This document shows positions 11,958-24,128 of a stretch of DNA of 64,000 nucleotides, in pieces (position 1 is the stretch's first letter; the number at the start of each line of letters is the position of its first letter). The DNA comes from Flectonema sp. DT1601. Lineage: Eukaryota. The notes under the pieces were generated by a model. It saw only the letters and a list, made by a program, of their open reading frames with translations, was not told where the DNA came from and searched no databases. The DNA is taken from positions 744,001 through 808,000 of the forward strand of contig OZ025791.1 of assembly GCA_964019425.1 (NCBI GenBank), given 5' to 3'. Both the position numbers and the translations under genes were made by a program.

Positions 11958-14443
11958 ATTTTTTGACTCAAATTCATGTGCCCACTTTCAACATACACCA
12001 CACGGTAATGCATCTCAGGGTTACTAATAATTACTCCCCTGACAGGCCCGTTGCGGAAGTTTTCAGCGGTAAGTGCCGTTTTCTCCGTTACTGTTGTAAG
12101 CTGTCTACTTCCTCATTTATGACAGTTTCCTTTTGTGCCCCTCATTCATCCTGATGAATGCTGGTGGAGATTTACAGTTTTTCCTCCAAAGAAAAAAACG
12201 TATCATTCATATTGAAAAAGAGAATGCTGACGACAAACTCTTTGGCTCTCTCACTTTGAAAGCAAGGAAGCAGTTCGTTTGTAGATGATTATTTCCCCCC
12301 CCCTTTCGTTATATTTGTCAATACCTGTCCTCTTTAAGTAATCTTTTCTTCCCCCCCCACTATTATATTTAATTACAGTATCAAGTTATCCCCGCCTTTT
12401 TCCCCCTTTTTTTTTCCCGCTTTTCACAAGCAGATCGGCTTTGCCTATTGAATAAAGATAACCCCGTAAATATGGAGATCGCATGGTGTCGTCTTGAAAT
12501 AACACTTCCATGAAGGGTTTTATATCAGTCAGCCAAGGCTTCTTCCTTGACAGCTACCTCCTGTTTCTGAGGTTGGGTAGTCTATTCATGAGTGTTTCTT
12601 CAACAGATGTCAAAGTATTATTTTGGATTGTAGGCTTTAAGCTTTTTATTTTATTAACATCTTAAGTAGTCTGTGCACCTTGAGCCAATGAAGCAGCTGA
12701 AAGGATGGACAGTCGTTAGACAAATACCTCCTTAGTTGTTTTATCGAAAGGAAATCGCGGGCTAAATTATAATCTTACCAGCGAAGTTGTCCTCGAGGTA
12801 TTTTTTTTTTTCGGCTTTTTGGCAGTTGCGGAAATCCGCGAAAATCTTTTTTTTACCCTCATTGTCAACAAAACATAAATAATTATGTAAGGCGTGTTTT
12901 TTTTTTTCCCCTTATCCCCTCTTCTTTCTTTTCCTCCTTCAAGTAAGGGGAATTTTTGTTTAAAGTTTCCCACTTAATTAGGTCTTAAAATCAAAAGAAT
13001 AGAGTCCACAATGAACAGGATAAGTTAGGCAATCGATGACACTGATGAGAGTCATAACTGTGCGATCCTATCATAGCTCTTTTCTCTGATGTGTAATTAT
13101 TTTCTTATTATTTTTTTTTTATTTAAAAAATGAAAGTATTGAAGGCTTTTGAAACAATGGAGCAGCTCTCTGTCTGCGTTTTTCAAGCTCCTTTCTTGTT
13201 CGAACTGTATTATCTGTTATGTCCTTTTTTTTTAATTTTATTTTTTTTTGTTTTCTTTTTTCCTGACCCATTTATTTACAAAAATAGATGTTAGTTAACT
13301 TACTGTAGAAATGTTCTTTTATAGAGCACTTGTCCTTTTTTTTTCCCTTTTACGTAGAAGTGTTGTGCAAAACAATAAAACACATAAAGCGATCCGTTAT
13401 AGATCTACCACTGCATTATTGGCGATCCTTGAAGAGCTACCCAGTTCTCTTTGAGCGTCTTAACTGTATTCAGTAGCTCATTGATTCACTAACTATTTCG
13501 TGCTAATAACTAACTTGTGCTCTTGATAATGTAGCATTCATTGACATTTATATACGGTGACTGTAAATGGTTGACGTAGTTCCTTTGCTGAGAAGCGCAA
13601 CCGCAGTGAAGTAGGACCACGACACCGCAGTGTCGCCCTTTTTTTCTTCGCTGAAGAAGGCTGGATTTTTTAATTTTTAGCCCGAAAACCAAAAAAATCA
13701 TTATTATCTGTTTGATGTCCTTACGAATTTAGATCAAACTGCTGAACTGGTAAGCAGAAATGAGAGCTTCTCTGTGTTTCCTTACATTGTTATGTATGTG
13801 TTAGTTTGTCTTTACTGTTAGTTATGTCTAACCTTAATTAAAAGAAGGGAAAACACCAAGAAACATAATCAATTCAAGTTAGTAATAATTTGTATTTTTT
13901 TTTTTTTTTTTTTTTAAAAAGGGAAAACCATAAATAAAAGAAAGAGGAATTGATATCACTATCGCAGTGCTTTTGAGTGAGTTGAGTTGTTACTTCAAAG
14001 GTCCTTTTTGGGTAAATACTGCAATGAAAATATCGCAGAGGAACTTCAACATTTGTTTGTTCTTTTCGTTGTCTTCAATTGAAAAAAAAAAATGTCTCTG
14101 TAGTTTTTCCCTTTTCCCTTTTTTTTTTTAAGTTTATGTTATGTTATTCCTGTTATTATTATTTTCTTTCTTCCTCATTTTTTCCCCCCTTCTTTTTTTT
14201 TATATAAAAAAAACAACAACTAGAAATACGAATGGAACCTTTAACAATAAAAATAATAGATAACTTCACTTTGGTAAGTATATCGATTTGGATGTTTTTG
14301 TTGTTGTTCTTTTTCAGATTCAGTTAAATTAGTTCTTCATTCAGGATTCACATTAGTGTAAATAATATAAATATAAAAATAGAAAAGGTATATAAAGTAA
14401 AGTAACTCATCGATTTATTATAGAGAAATTTAAACAAACAAAA

Positions 14444-15511
14444 ATGTCAAAAATACGTTTTGGATTTTGTGGTGCAGGTATGATAGCGACCAAGAACGTG
14501 AAAGCCATGCAGTCAGTCGAAGAAATTGAAATTGTATTCGTCGGATCAAGAGACGTTAGTAAATCAAAGGAGTTTGCGGAGACCTACTCTATACCTCGAT
14601 TCGGAAGTCTAGAAGAAGTATGTGACGATAAAGAGGTGGATGCAATATACTTCTGTGTTCCAACCTCCGTTCGAAAAGATTGGGTAATGAGAGCCATCGC
14701 AAATGGAAAGCATTGTTTAGTTGAAAAGCCTAATAATAATGCAGCTGAAACAATTGAAATGTTCGCAGCAGCACCACCCGGACTTATCGTAATGGACGGA
14801 ACCATGTGGTTACAGGCAACTAGAACTGAACATTTAAGAAAAGTCCTCCATGAAGATAAAAAGATTGGTTGCATTAAACACATAAACGCTGCATTTACGG
14901 CATTCTTCCCAAGAGAAGCAGTAGCTGAAGGAATCCGTGGAGACCCTTCACTAGAACCAGGTGGTGGTCTTGCTGACATGGGTTGGTACACAGTCGGTGC
15001 TATTTTATTTGGATTTGATTACGAACTCCCAGCGCGAGTTAGAGCAACTGCAGAACTGCTTCCATCAGGTGCTTCTTATCAGGTCTTTGGAACACTGGAG
15101 TTCACAGACGGAAGAATTGCACAATTCGATGCTGGTTACGCACTTCCACTCAGACAGTATTACGAAATAAATGGAACTGAAGGCATGTTGCGTGTCAACG
15201 ACTTTGTAAACCCGCCAGCTATGAGTCCGTCGAGTTTTGTTGGAGCGTCTACAGAGAAGCCTGAAAAGTATTGGATTATGAGTGACACTTCAGGAGTGTG
15301 GGTTACAAACGACGGGGAACATAAAACTATTTCTGGTGTTGAAGATGTCCACGAAGTTGAAATGTTCAAAAATTTCATCCAGGCTATTAAATCTAAAACT
15401 CCAAACAAAAGATGGCAACTCAGCAGTACCAAAACTCAAACTGTCATCGACGCTCTTCTCAAGTCAGTCAAAGAAGACGGTGCCTACGTTGCCATTACTC
15501 CCTCTGTTTAG
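14444..15511 (+). CDS. Gfo/Idh/MocA family NAD(P)-dependent oxidoreductase
   Basis: N-terminal RFGFCGAGMIA Rossmann motif, GKHCLVEKP, GGGLADMGWY. Confidence 0.95.
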   Translation: MSKIRFGFCGAGMIATKNVKAMQSVEEIEIVFVGSRDVSKSKEFAETYSIPRFGSLEEVCDDKEVDAIYFCVPTSVRKDWVMRAIANGKHCLVEKPNNNAAETIEMFAAAPPGLIVMDGTMWLQATRTEHLRKVLHEDKKIGCIKHINAAFTAFFPREAVAEGIRGDPSLEPGGGLADMGWYTVGAILFGFDYELPARVRATAELLPSGASYQVFGTLEFTDGRIAQFDAGYALPLRQYYEINGTEGMLRVNDFVNPPAMSPSSFVGASTEKPEKYWIMSDTSGVWVTNDGEHKTISGVEDVHEVEMFKNFIQAIKSKTPNKRWQLSSTKTQTVIDALLKSVKEDGAYVAITPSV

Positions 15512-15958
15512 GGAAATGAAGAAGGGAAAACCTTATTCCAAAACTAAAGAAACTTCCAACTTCATACAAAACGTGTGTTGTCGTACTGGCCTGTTGAAAA
15601 AACAAATAACAAATAAAGAATAAGTGTCTTTGCGCACAACATATCCAATGAGTCATCTATTGAGCCTTTTTTTCTCTTTTCTTCTCTTTCTTCTTTGCAG
15701 CTATGCGAAACTTCAGCTTTGTTCTGGTTTACGATTAACGTAGGATACATTTTCAACGTGCTCATAGAAACAAACGAATAACAAGAACAACCAAACATCC
15801 TTCTTAAATTGAAAACCTTTTTACCTAATTATTCATCAGGTTCAAACTACTACTTCTACAGTACCCAAATGACTTCCGCTATAATCACTTGTTGTTATAT
15901 TAATAAAGTCAAGTCATCATATTTTATACTTAACCAGGTATTATACCTTTGTGTGGTG

Positions 15959-16789
15959 ATGTTAAATATTTTCCGATTAGTTGTATTGTTAGTAGTGTTG
16001 TCTGATGTCTTTAGTCAGAGGGTTGTTGATAGTGACGCTCCAGAGGATTTCGATGTAACAGCAATACCGGGGACAGCTTCACCTGTAATCTTTCCAACAG
16101 GTGTTCCTGTTGGATCTGAGAAGCTTGCTATTCTTGATGTTATCCTTGAAATCTTACGGTCCGGCAACATATCAGAAGAAACGAGAGCTGCTCTCACAAA
16201 ATCCATCAATGGAACAACTGAAGATCAAATAGCTGCTTTGACTAATGCACTCTCTGAACCAAATATCAGTGCTTATCACAAAGAGATTATAAACAATGCA
16301 CTTACTGCTGCTCGTAATACTCCACAGCCTATCTCTTCAGATGATGATGATGATGATGGTTTCCCTTGGCTGTTGTTAGCTATCTTAATAGGAAGTATAT
16401 TATTGTGTTGTACTGTAATTGGATTTCTGTGGAACAGGTACAGAAACAAAGAAAAGATCTCTGAATTCGACTTTGAATCTCAACCCAATATCAAGACCCC
16501 TCCATCTCCAACAACATCTCATTCATCGGATCGAAGTGTTGGAATGCCAATTTGTGAAGTCCTAAAAGTTGAAGAGTCGAAGCTTAAAATACAGGCAGCC
16601 CCACTTCCGATACAGGCACTTTCTTTTTCAGCAGGAAGAGGTTCTAGTTATCAATTTCGTACTCCTTCAGTGTCTGAATCTCAATCAAGACTTCGTCCCC
16701 TTCCAGAAGACGATTCCACTACTTCATCAATCCTTGGTGTAGGTGGAAGTGGAAGCAACCAGAAATATTATGATAAGATAGAAATATAA
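15959..16789 (+). CDS. Type I single-pass membrane protein (signal peptide, helical ectodomain, TM, S/P-rich tail)
   Basis: Signal-like MLNIFRLVVLLVVLSDVFS, then TM FPWLLLAILIGSILLCCTVIGFLW followed by basic residues. Confidence 0.8.
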   Translation: MLNIFRLVVLLVVLSDVFSQRVVDSDAPEDFDVTAIPGTASPVIFPTGVPVGSEKLAILDVILEILRSGNISEETRAALTKSINGTTEDQIAALTNALSEPNISAYHKEIINNALTAARNTPQPISSDDDDDDGFPWLLLAILIGSILLCCTVIGFLWNRYRNKEKISEFDFESQPNIKTPPSPTTSHSSDRSVGMPICEVLKVEESKLKIQAAPLPIQALSFSAGRGSSYQFRTPSVSESQSRLRPLPEDDSTTSSILGVGGSGSNQKYYDKIEI

Positions 16790-19631
16790 ATTACTGCAAT
16801 CGTCAGCAACTAACGTCAGAGTTCGCCTTCCAGTTGGATTCAAAAATTGATTTAATGCAAACCAGAGAGCCGCCCACAAGTGAAAATCTGATTTTGCATT
16901 AAATCTGTAATTTTAGGAGGCTTCTTAGTAAAATTTACACCTGCAGTGAAGGTGCAGTTCCCTCCTGGCTGTGCATGAAATTTTCTTTACCGGTACATGG
17001 GCTTACACTCGAAGCAGTTCCTGATCCTAACTTAAAAGACCAGGTAATGTACAGGTTGCATGCCATTCAAAGAAGAGACTGTATCAACAGACAGCATGCA
17101 AGGCTTTCTTGCATTGGCAGTTGTGTATTCTAAACTTGGCTGAATGATGACAGGTATCTCTGGTGTTGGATTGCGGCGGCAGCGTCTAGGAATTAGTATC
17201 TCTATGGTGTACCAGTGCATGCGGAAGACTTTTGTAATAAAAAATATTAACACACTTGTTTTGTACCTTGTTTTGTATCTTACTATTCTGAACCTTACGG
17301 AGACTGACTTGGGGAACAAAAAGAAAAGATGTCACTTCTCTCTCTCTTTTTCATTTTTATTTCTTTTTATTTCTTGAATTGAATAACCTCTTACTCCGAA
17401 CCTGCTTCAGTGTTGTTGTGAACTGGTAGCTCATTTTTGTAACTCAAGTTCTCTCTTAGACGGTTGTTGCTTTTCAACAATATTGACTTAGCGAAGTGTA
17501 CAAAGAGAATAAATGTAGTGACTGTTACAAGTTTCTGATGTAAAAACAGCAGAACATTTTGTTTTCATTTAGGTCTGTCCATGATAATACACAAAAGTGT
17601 TTGACGTTCCAATTTCTGCTTGGCCATTGTTTATTCAACATGCTGACTCAAGCGTCTCGTTGTTAGTGGTGTTATTGTTGCCAGACCCAAAAAAAATTTA
17701 TTTTTTTTTTTTGCAACAAAAGTCGGAGAAGAAAGAAACCATTCGGATTAAGGGCCGTTTATTTAGTTAAATAATATCCATTCCGTTACGCTCAGTACTA
17801 CTGTTTGTGATCAACAGGAGGATATAAGGCTTTATCTGAATGGTTTTCTGCTTTACAGTTCGTGAAACATTTTTTTTTGTTTATCAACTTTCTGTTTCCG
17901 TCTGTCGTTCCTCTCTTATTTCTGTTGTTTGAATTGTTGAGAATTGGTTTTATTTGTCTGCTGCCTTTTTGTTTTTATTTTTTTCAAATCTCTACACACT
18001 TACTAACTGACAGGATGTCCTAGTCACGACATAAGTGTGTCGGTATGAGTTCTGGGTCTCAGATTACGATTTTTCAAAAGGAACAAACGATTCGTTGTCA
18101 AACATCTGATGGAAGAAAAAGTAGTATAAATTAGTGCATTGTCTTGTAATAAGCTTATGACATAACTCATTCCCTTCTTCTCGGTTCATGCTTTGTGAGA
18201 AAAAAGAAGAATTTGGCAGCATACATAAATCTCTTTTAGCTTTTCTCAGTTGGTTTTTCTATTTTATTTATTTGAGATGACTGATACTCTCATCTGATTC
18301 ACAGTAATCAGAGTTGAGTTGAAGTTCGTCGAGTTAATTACCTTTTTTGCTTGTCGAAAAAAAAAAAAAATAATAAAAATAAAATTCAGAACACATTCCT
18401 TTCTGTTAAATTCCCTTTTAAGGAGAATTAAGGATATTCAATAGAAATTTATAAAGAAAAAAAAAAAAAATGCTATTAACCTTTACTTGTTAATAAGTTT
18501 TTTTTTTCACTTCTCAAAAAAAAAAACAACAAAAAACGTTGAATTGAACAAAATGTACGGAACAGTGAAGACCTAAAACTGTCTTTTTTAAACTTCCTTT
18601 TGTAAATAGATTAGTATGGTCATTCATACATACAAACTTTTTGTTGTATTTTTTTTTTTTAATAACCTTCAGTAAGTCGAATGTGCAGAAATGTCTTTTG
18701 CATGGAGTACCAACATAATTGTCCCTTCAGTTCAACGCGTTGCTCTATATCTTCACATCTTTTTTTGTAATTTAATTTTTTTCCAAAATGTAAAGAAAAA
18801 TGTGTTTCTGTTTTATTCTCCGAAAATAAATATAAATATGAAACATTTGGTTTTTTTTTTTTAATTCTACTGGCATCCTACCTGAAATATTTATTCTCTA
18901 ATTTTTTTGATTGACTGATTATCAATAATACTCCCTTGTTCTGCAACACCATTGTCACCAGGTATATTGTTAACAGTTGTGTGTTACCGAAAGGATAATA
19001 TACTTAATTGTTACATAGTATAATATCCTGTGACCAATATTCTCACGCTCTCTCTTCAGTGTTGTTGATTATCCCAACAGTGACTTGTGAGTGTTAACAT
19101 TCCTCTTCCTTTTCTTCTTCTTTTTTCTTACTTCCATCTTTTCTGTTGTCGTTGAGGTGTTGTTCTTCACACACAACGATCGGAATTCGGACATTTAGTT
19201 TTTTTTTATTCTTGTGGAAAGCAATCATATTCTAACTACACCACAATAATCCTAAACAAGATTGGGTCCTTACTTAAGTTATTGTTGCCTCGTAGCTCTA
19301 TTGAGTTAACCCGATTAGCTTACTATATCAGTGATGTACTATATTACCTCATGTTCTATTTATCTTCTCAAGACAGTGAGCAATAACTAATGTGTGTAGC
19401 TAGTGAAGGTCAATGATGGCAGCTGTGAGACTCATAATTGGTGGACTGCACAAGAGGCTGGCTTGCCGAATGCTTTAGCGTGCCTCCTCGATGACGTTTT
19501 TTTTTAGTACTTCAAATGGTCATTTGAGCACCTCTATTACCAAAATACTAAAGGATAAAAATATTATTTTTTATTTCCCCTTCCAGAACGATGAACTGTT
19601 TGCAAATATTACAAAACACAATTTCAATAAA

Positions 19632-20949
19632 ATGTTAAATCCAATGAGATTGTTGTTGAATTTGATGTTCATAGTGGCGGTGTCATCATTTGCAGCTCCG
19701 TTAGATATCGAAGATACAAATGCTCCAAATGTTGGCCGGTCTAAGACACAAACGATAACAATAACGATTGATTTGCCAACAGAGACTATAACACGTAAAC
19801 CTACTATCACATCAACTATCGAATCAACTATCACATCTACTCTCGCATCGACCATCACATCAACTATGATTCCTGTGAGTGTCTCTCAGTCTGTGTTGGA
19901 AAGTTCAATAACAAAAGAGAGAACTAAAACAATTATCGATTCACTTCCTTCTAACACATCAAATCCAGACATCACACCAGTACCACCAGGTGAAGAGTTT
20001 ATTGCGATGGTTGAAGTAGTCGCTGAGCTTCTATCTGATCCTAGTCTTCCTTCTACAACCAGAGTAATTCTCTCAACTGTCTCTGGTGGAAATGCAACAA
20101 GCGCTGAATTACGGAGCGCTTTAACACTTGCTTTGATGGATGAAGACCTGTCTGCTTATCAAAGAGCTTTGATTCAAAATGTTCTAGCTGCAGGTCCAAC
20201 ACTTGTCCCTGCAACACCTGTCCCTGCAAGTAGCGGAATCCCATCATGGGTGTTCATACTTATAGGTGCTGGTGCGTTCTGTCTTTGTGCATTATTATGC
20301 GTACTAAATAACATTCGGAAATCGTTTAAGACAAAACCAGACAAAAACCCGCTCAGAGGTGATGTCACTATAATAGTTGATGATGTTGACACAGTAGGTA
20401 GTCGTACAAGGAATAATTCTGGAGGGTACTCTGATGAATCTGATGAAAGGTATCGTTCGTTTGCTCCAACTTCACCACTAAGTCATCATGGCGATAGGTA
20501 TGCTGGGAGTACGAGAAGTGGAAGGGGTGTTGGTTCTCCACAACATCATTATGGTGTTGGCGCACTTGATTCTGCTACTGGTTCTCCGCTCTCTGGATTC
20601 TCACCAATGACAGGTAATCATACACCAGAACAAGGTGTTCTCGGTCCTCTTGATTCTGCAAAACTTTCTCACGGTCGTGGTGAATCTCGTCACTTCCCCA
20701 ACCTTCAGCCTCTCCCTGAGGAGCACATACCCCACAGACATGTTTTGAACACTTCTATTCGGAATCCTCTACCTCCTAATCCTGCTTCCCTCAGCTTCTC
20801 ACGGTCAAGGCACAGTGTTCCTCAGAAGTATGTGGTGGTTTTCTTTTAATTTCTTTAATTGCAAGTGCACTGAATTTGTTTCTGGAATGAAGCCACCAAC
20901 AACAACCACACCAAACAGCATTATACTTCGCGATGGAGTTCATTTGTAG
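19632..20949 (+). CDS. Type I membrane protein with Thr-rich mucin-like stalk, paralog of 15959-16789; 2 exons (intron 20828-20918)
   Basis: Signal peptide, TITST repeats and TM IPSWVFILIGAGAFCLCALLCVL. A gtatgt...aaacag intron gives the C-terminus NIILRDGVHL*. Confidence 0.8.
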
Positions 20950-22718
20950 TTAATTTTAACAGAGACGTCAATTAGGAACAAATATCGTGAGAAAGATTTC
21001 TAAAAGCCCTACCTGCAGCTGCTTGTCAGCTGAACAGGTGCATTAGAACTTAAAACGAAGTTTGAACTAAAGTGATATCTCCCCCAGTTGCATACAAAAA
21101 GTAACTAACTATAGAGCAGTGACACCTAACACAGATAGATAGATGAGGATCTGTCTTCACAAATTGGTCAGTGTTCTGTGACACAGTGTCTCTTAACGCT
21201 TACTTACGAAAATTATTTGGAGACTGACATTCATTTGTTGATTGTTTCCATTTCGGTTGATAATTTTTTTATACATCTTAATTTGGTTGGACTGTTATCC
21301 TTTTTGGTTAAGGTTTTTTCTAACAAAAAACAAACAAATATCATGATAATTATGCTGTTTAAAAATAAATAGCAACTAATTGTTGAAGTTAATTCGGTGA
21401 CTTCCCCATTGCATACTTCTCAGTTTAACTTTATTACTTATCTTAGGTATTTTAATGTTTATAACTGTTTCCATTCGAACTATCTCTTCCCCATCGCGGT
21501 CGATTTTTGTGTTTTTACAGAAAAATAATCAGCCGTAGTTTTTTTATGTTCTGTCTTATAATCCGATCTGTTTAATGACTTTATCATCATTCCTTATTGT
21601 GAAAATTTCTAATTGACAACAACTGAATGCTGTTTTGCTTATGGATTGTAACTGCAGCTCACAACTGTTTTCCTTTCAGATTATTCTTAGGTAACTACAT
21701 GCTTTCCACCTTTTTTTTAGACACATTGTAAGGCTTACAAAGCTACCTTTATTGGTAGGGATGCTGGCTGAAAACAGAAAACAGTGGTGATCAAATATGA
21801 TCAATGCAGCCGCTGTCAATCTCTTAGTAGTTAGATTTGTAGTTTCTTATTTTTGGTTTTTTGTTGCTCTTTTTTTCCCCCTTTGTTTGTTCTTTTTTTT
21901 TTTGGCTTTCATAGTTACTGTTTTTTGTGTGCATCCTGCAGCTAAGAACAAAAAAGCTATTTCGACCACAACTTATTTAATTAAGACAGCTAATCTATCA
22001 AACCTTGTAAATCCAAAGTCTGTTGTGGACACAAATGAATATGCAGCAGACTTCGGATCAGATGCATAATACTCACTATGTAATTGTCCTTTTCTAAGAA
22101 AAGTTCTATCTGTTTTAACAGACTCTTGGTACTCTTTGAGTAGATTTGTGTGCAATGTCGTTCCTTCCCTTGTTCTGTTTGTAATTCTTTTTTATTTCCT
22201 GCTTCGGAAAAGGCAAGCCCTGGCTATTAGCGCAGATCGTCTCACAGACGAGGCTTGTGACTCAGAATCCTCTTATTTTTGTCTTTGGTCCTTTGGGTTC
22301 ATCAATTGCTTCAGCAACCTTGGTGGCATGATATCTATGAAAAAATACCCAACACTGATTGTTTTTTATTGAACAAACAAAGTCTTCTTTTATTTTGATA
22401 GTGCTAATGCTGTGTGAGGAAAATTTGTAAGTCACAGCAATTCTGTAGATGACCCTCACAGAAGACTATAAACAATACTCTTCACTTCACTGACACAGCG
22501 GTTCTACAGGACTGACACTGGCCCAACATTCAGATTCTTGGCATCGCTGTGTGCCCTTCAAGAGTAATGCAGTTGTCTTATTCGCTTACCAATTACTATT
22601 GTTACAGCACAACAACATGTCAGCATGACGAAGTAAATAACGTATCGATGCATTATGTATGCCTTAGGTAATATTTTGATTCCACCTTTCTCTTAAAAAT
22701 ACCCAAAAAAAAAAAAAC

Positions 22719-22790
22719 TGCGCTCACCGGGAGTCGAACCCGGGCCGCTCGCTTGGAAGGCGAGAATACTAACCGTTATACCATGAGCGC
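22719..22790 (-). tRNA. trnG-UCC: tRNA-Gly (anticodon TCC)
   Basis: Reverse complement GCGCTCA...CTCGCC-TTCCA-AGCGAG...GGTTCGACTCCC-GGTGAGCGCA forms a cloverleaf. It is followed by a poly-T Pol III terminator. Confidence 0.97.
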
Positions 22791-22959
22791 TCATAACCAA
22801 ATTCCGTTTTTCGTTTTGATTGTAACAGTCCATATGAGACTGTCGGACCTTTTCCCCTTTTTTGCTTCGTGGTCGACCTGGGTTCAAGCCCGTCCCTCCC
22901 TCATTTTCTAGTACTTCAAATCCATTACTATTTCCTCTTTACAGCCGGGTTACACCAAT

Positions 22960-23640
22960 ATGGATTACCAAAGATTCACTGGGTCCATGTCGGCCTTCGG
23001 GTGGCCGAAGAAGCCAACCAATTTGATGAGTGGTTCAGGAATATACCCGAATGTAAACACCTGCAACTGGCTCAGTCAGCCACAGTCATCCCCTCCAGGT
23101 GAGTTCATCCCAAGAAACGCAATTTTGAACGTGTGTATTTATTATGGTCGTGGTATTGTGTAGCGTCATAAATCAAAAAAATCACAAACCCATAACAGGC
23201 ATTCAAGAACAAGAACACCTGCTTCGAGTACTACAGAAGACTGTACGCACTGGGTTGGACCACCTCTCCTATGGGAGAGGGTCAACGTATGCCTAGAAAC
23301 TACAACTACAAGCAGGTATGTAGATATTTACTTTCCTCTCATGTGGAGATCGTTGTTATTGTGGCATCACTTTGTACTTATAGATGACTGCGGAAATAAA
23401 ACACCAACCACACAGGCTGCATGTTACTCGTCCATAGTTGGTTTCTGCTTTCTTGTAACTCAATTTTGGTACTCAACGGGTCTCCATTACCCAAAGTCAT
23501 ACACTCACGATTGGGCAGAAGCAGAGGTCCTTCACCCTAGACTGTCCAGATCCCACTTGCAGAGACAGGACTACCAGCCAGTTGCTGTATTGAGTCACTT
23601 CGACGTTCGCTACCCAAGATGGGCCAAGCTTGATAACTAG
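22960..23640 (+). CDS. ~170-aa single-TM protein, 3 exons (22960-23130, 23199-23315, 23416-23640), possibly cytochrome c oxidase subunit IV-like
   Basis: Two phase-0 GT-AG introns (68 and 100 nt) give a continuous ORF. The TM is followed by YPKSYTHDWAEAE, resembling the COX4 PxT/SxxxEW motif. The product call is tentative. Confidence 0.7.
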
Positions 23641-24128
23641 GCTTTTGGCTAAAGAGTTGCTGCGAGGTGTGACGCATCACCGATAGTCGTGGTGAAAAAA
23701 AAAGCGGGGGATTTTTTTCTTTTTTCTTATTCTTTGATATTCGGAATTTTGTGTAACTTTTTTTTTTTTTTCTTCTTCACGTCAATCAGAATACTACCTC
23801 GTTGTGAAGAGATAATAAGGTGGTTTTTTTTTCTTTCTCCTCTTTTCTTCTTTTCAAGTGTTACATAGTTTAGTTTGTTGCGTTTGGGAGTGTCCATTTT
23901 CAGTTCAGGGTGCGGTTTTTCCCGGAGTACTGAACCGCAATTATGGTAACGTCACATTGCAGTCTTGGTATTACATAATAGTATATTTTCCATTCTTTTT
24001 AACAGCATGATACAACCATTTATACGAGAATTATCTTGGAAGGCGTGTGTTGCGAATATGTATTCGGAGACAGACACATGGTTGAGAGTTTCTTATTGTT
24101 TATTATTTTATTGCAGGAGCATAAAACC

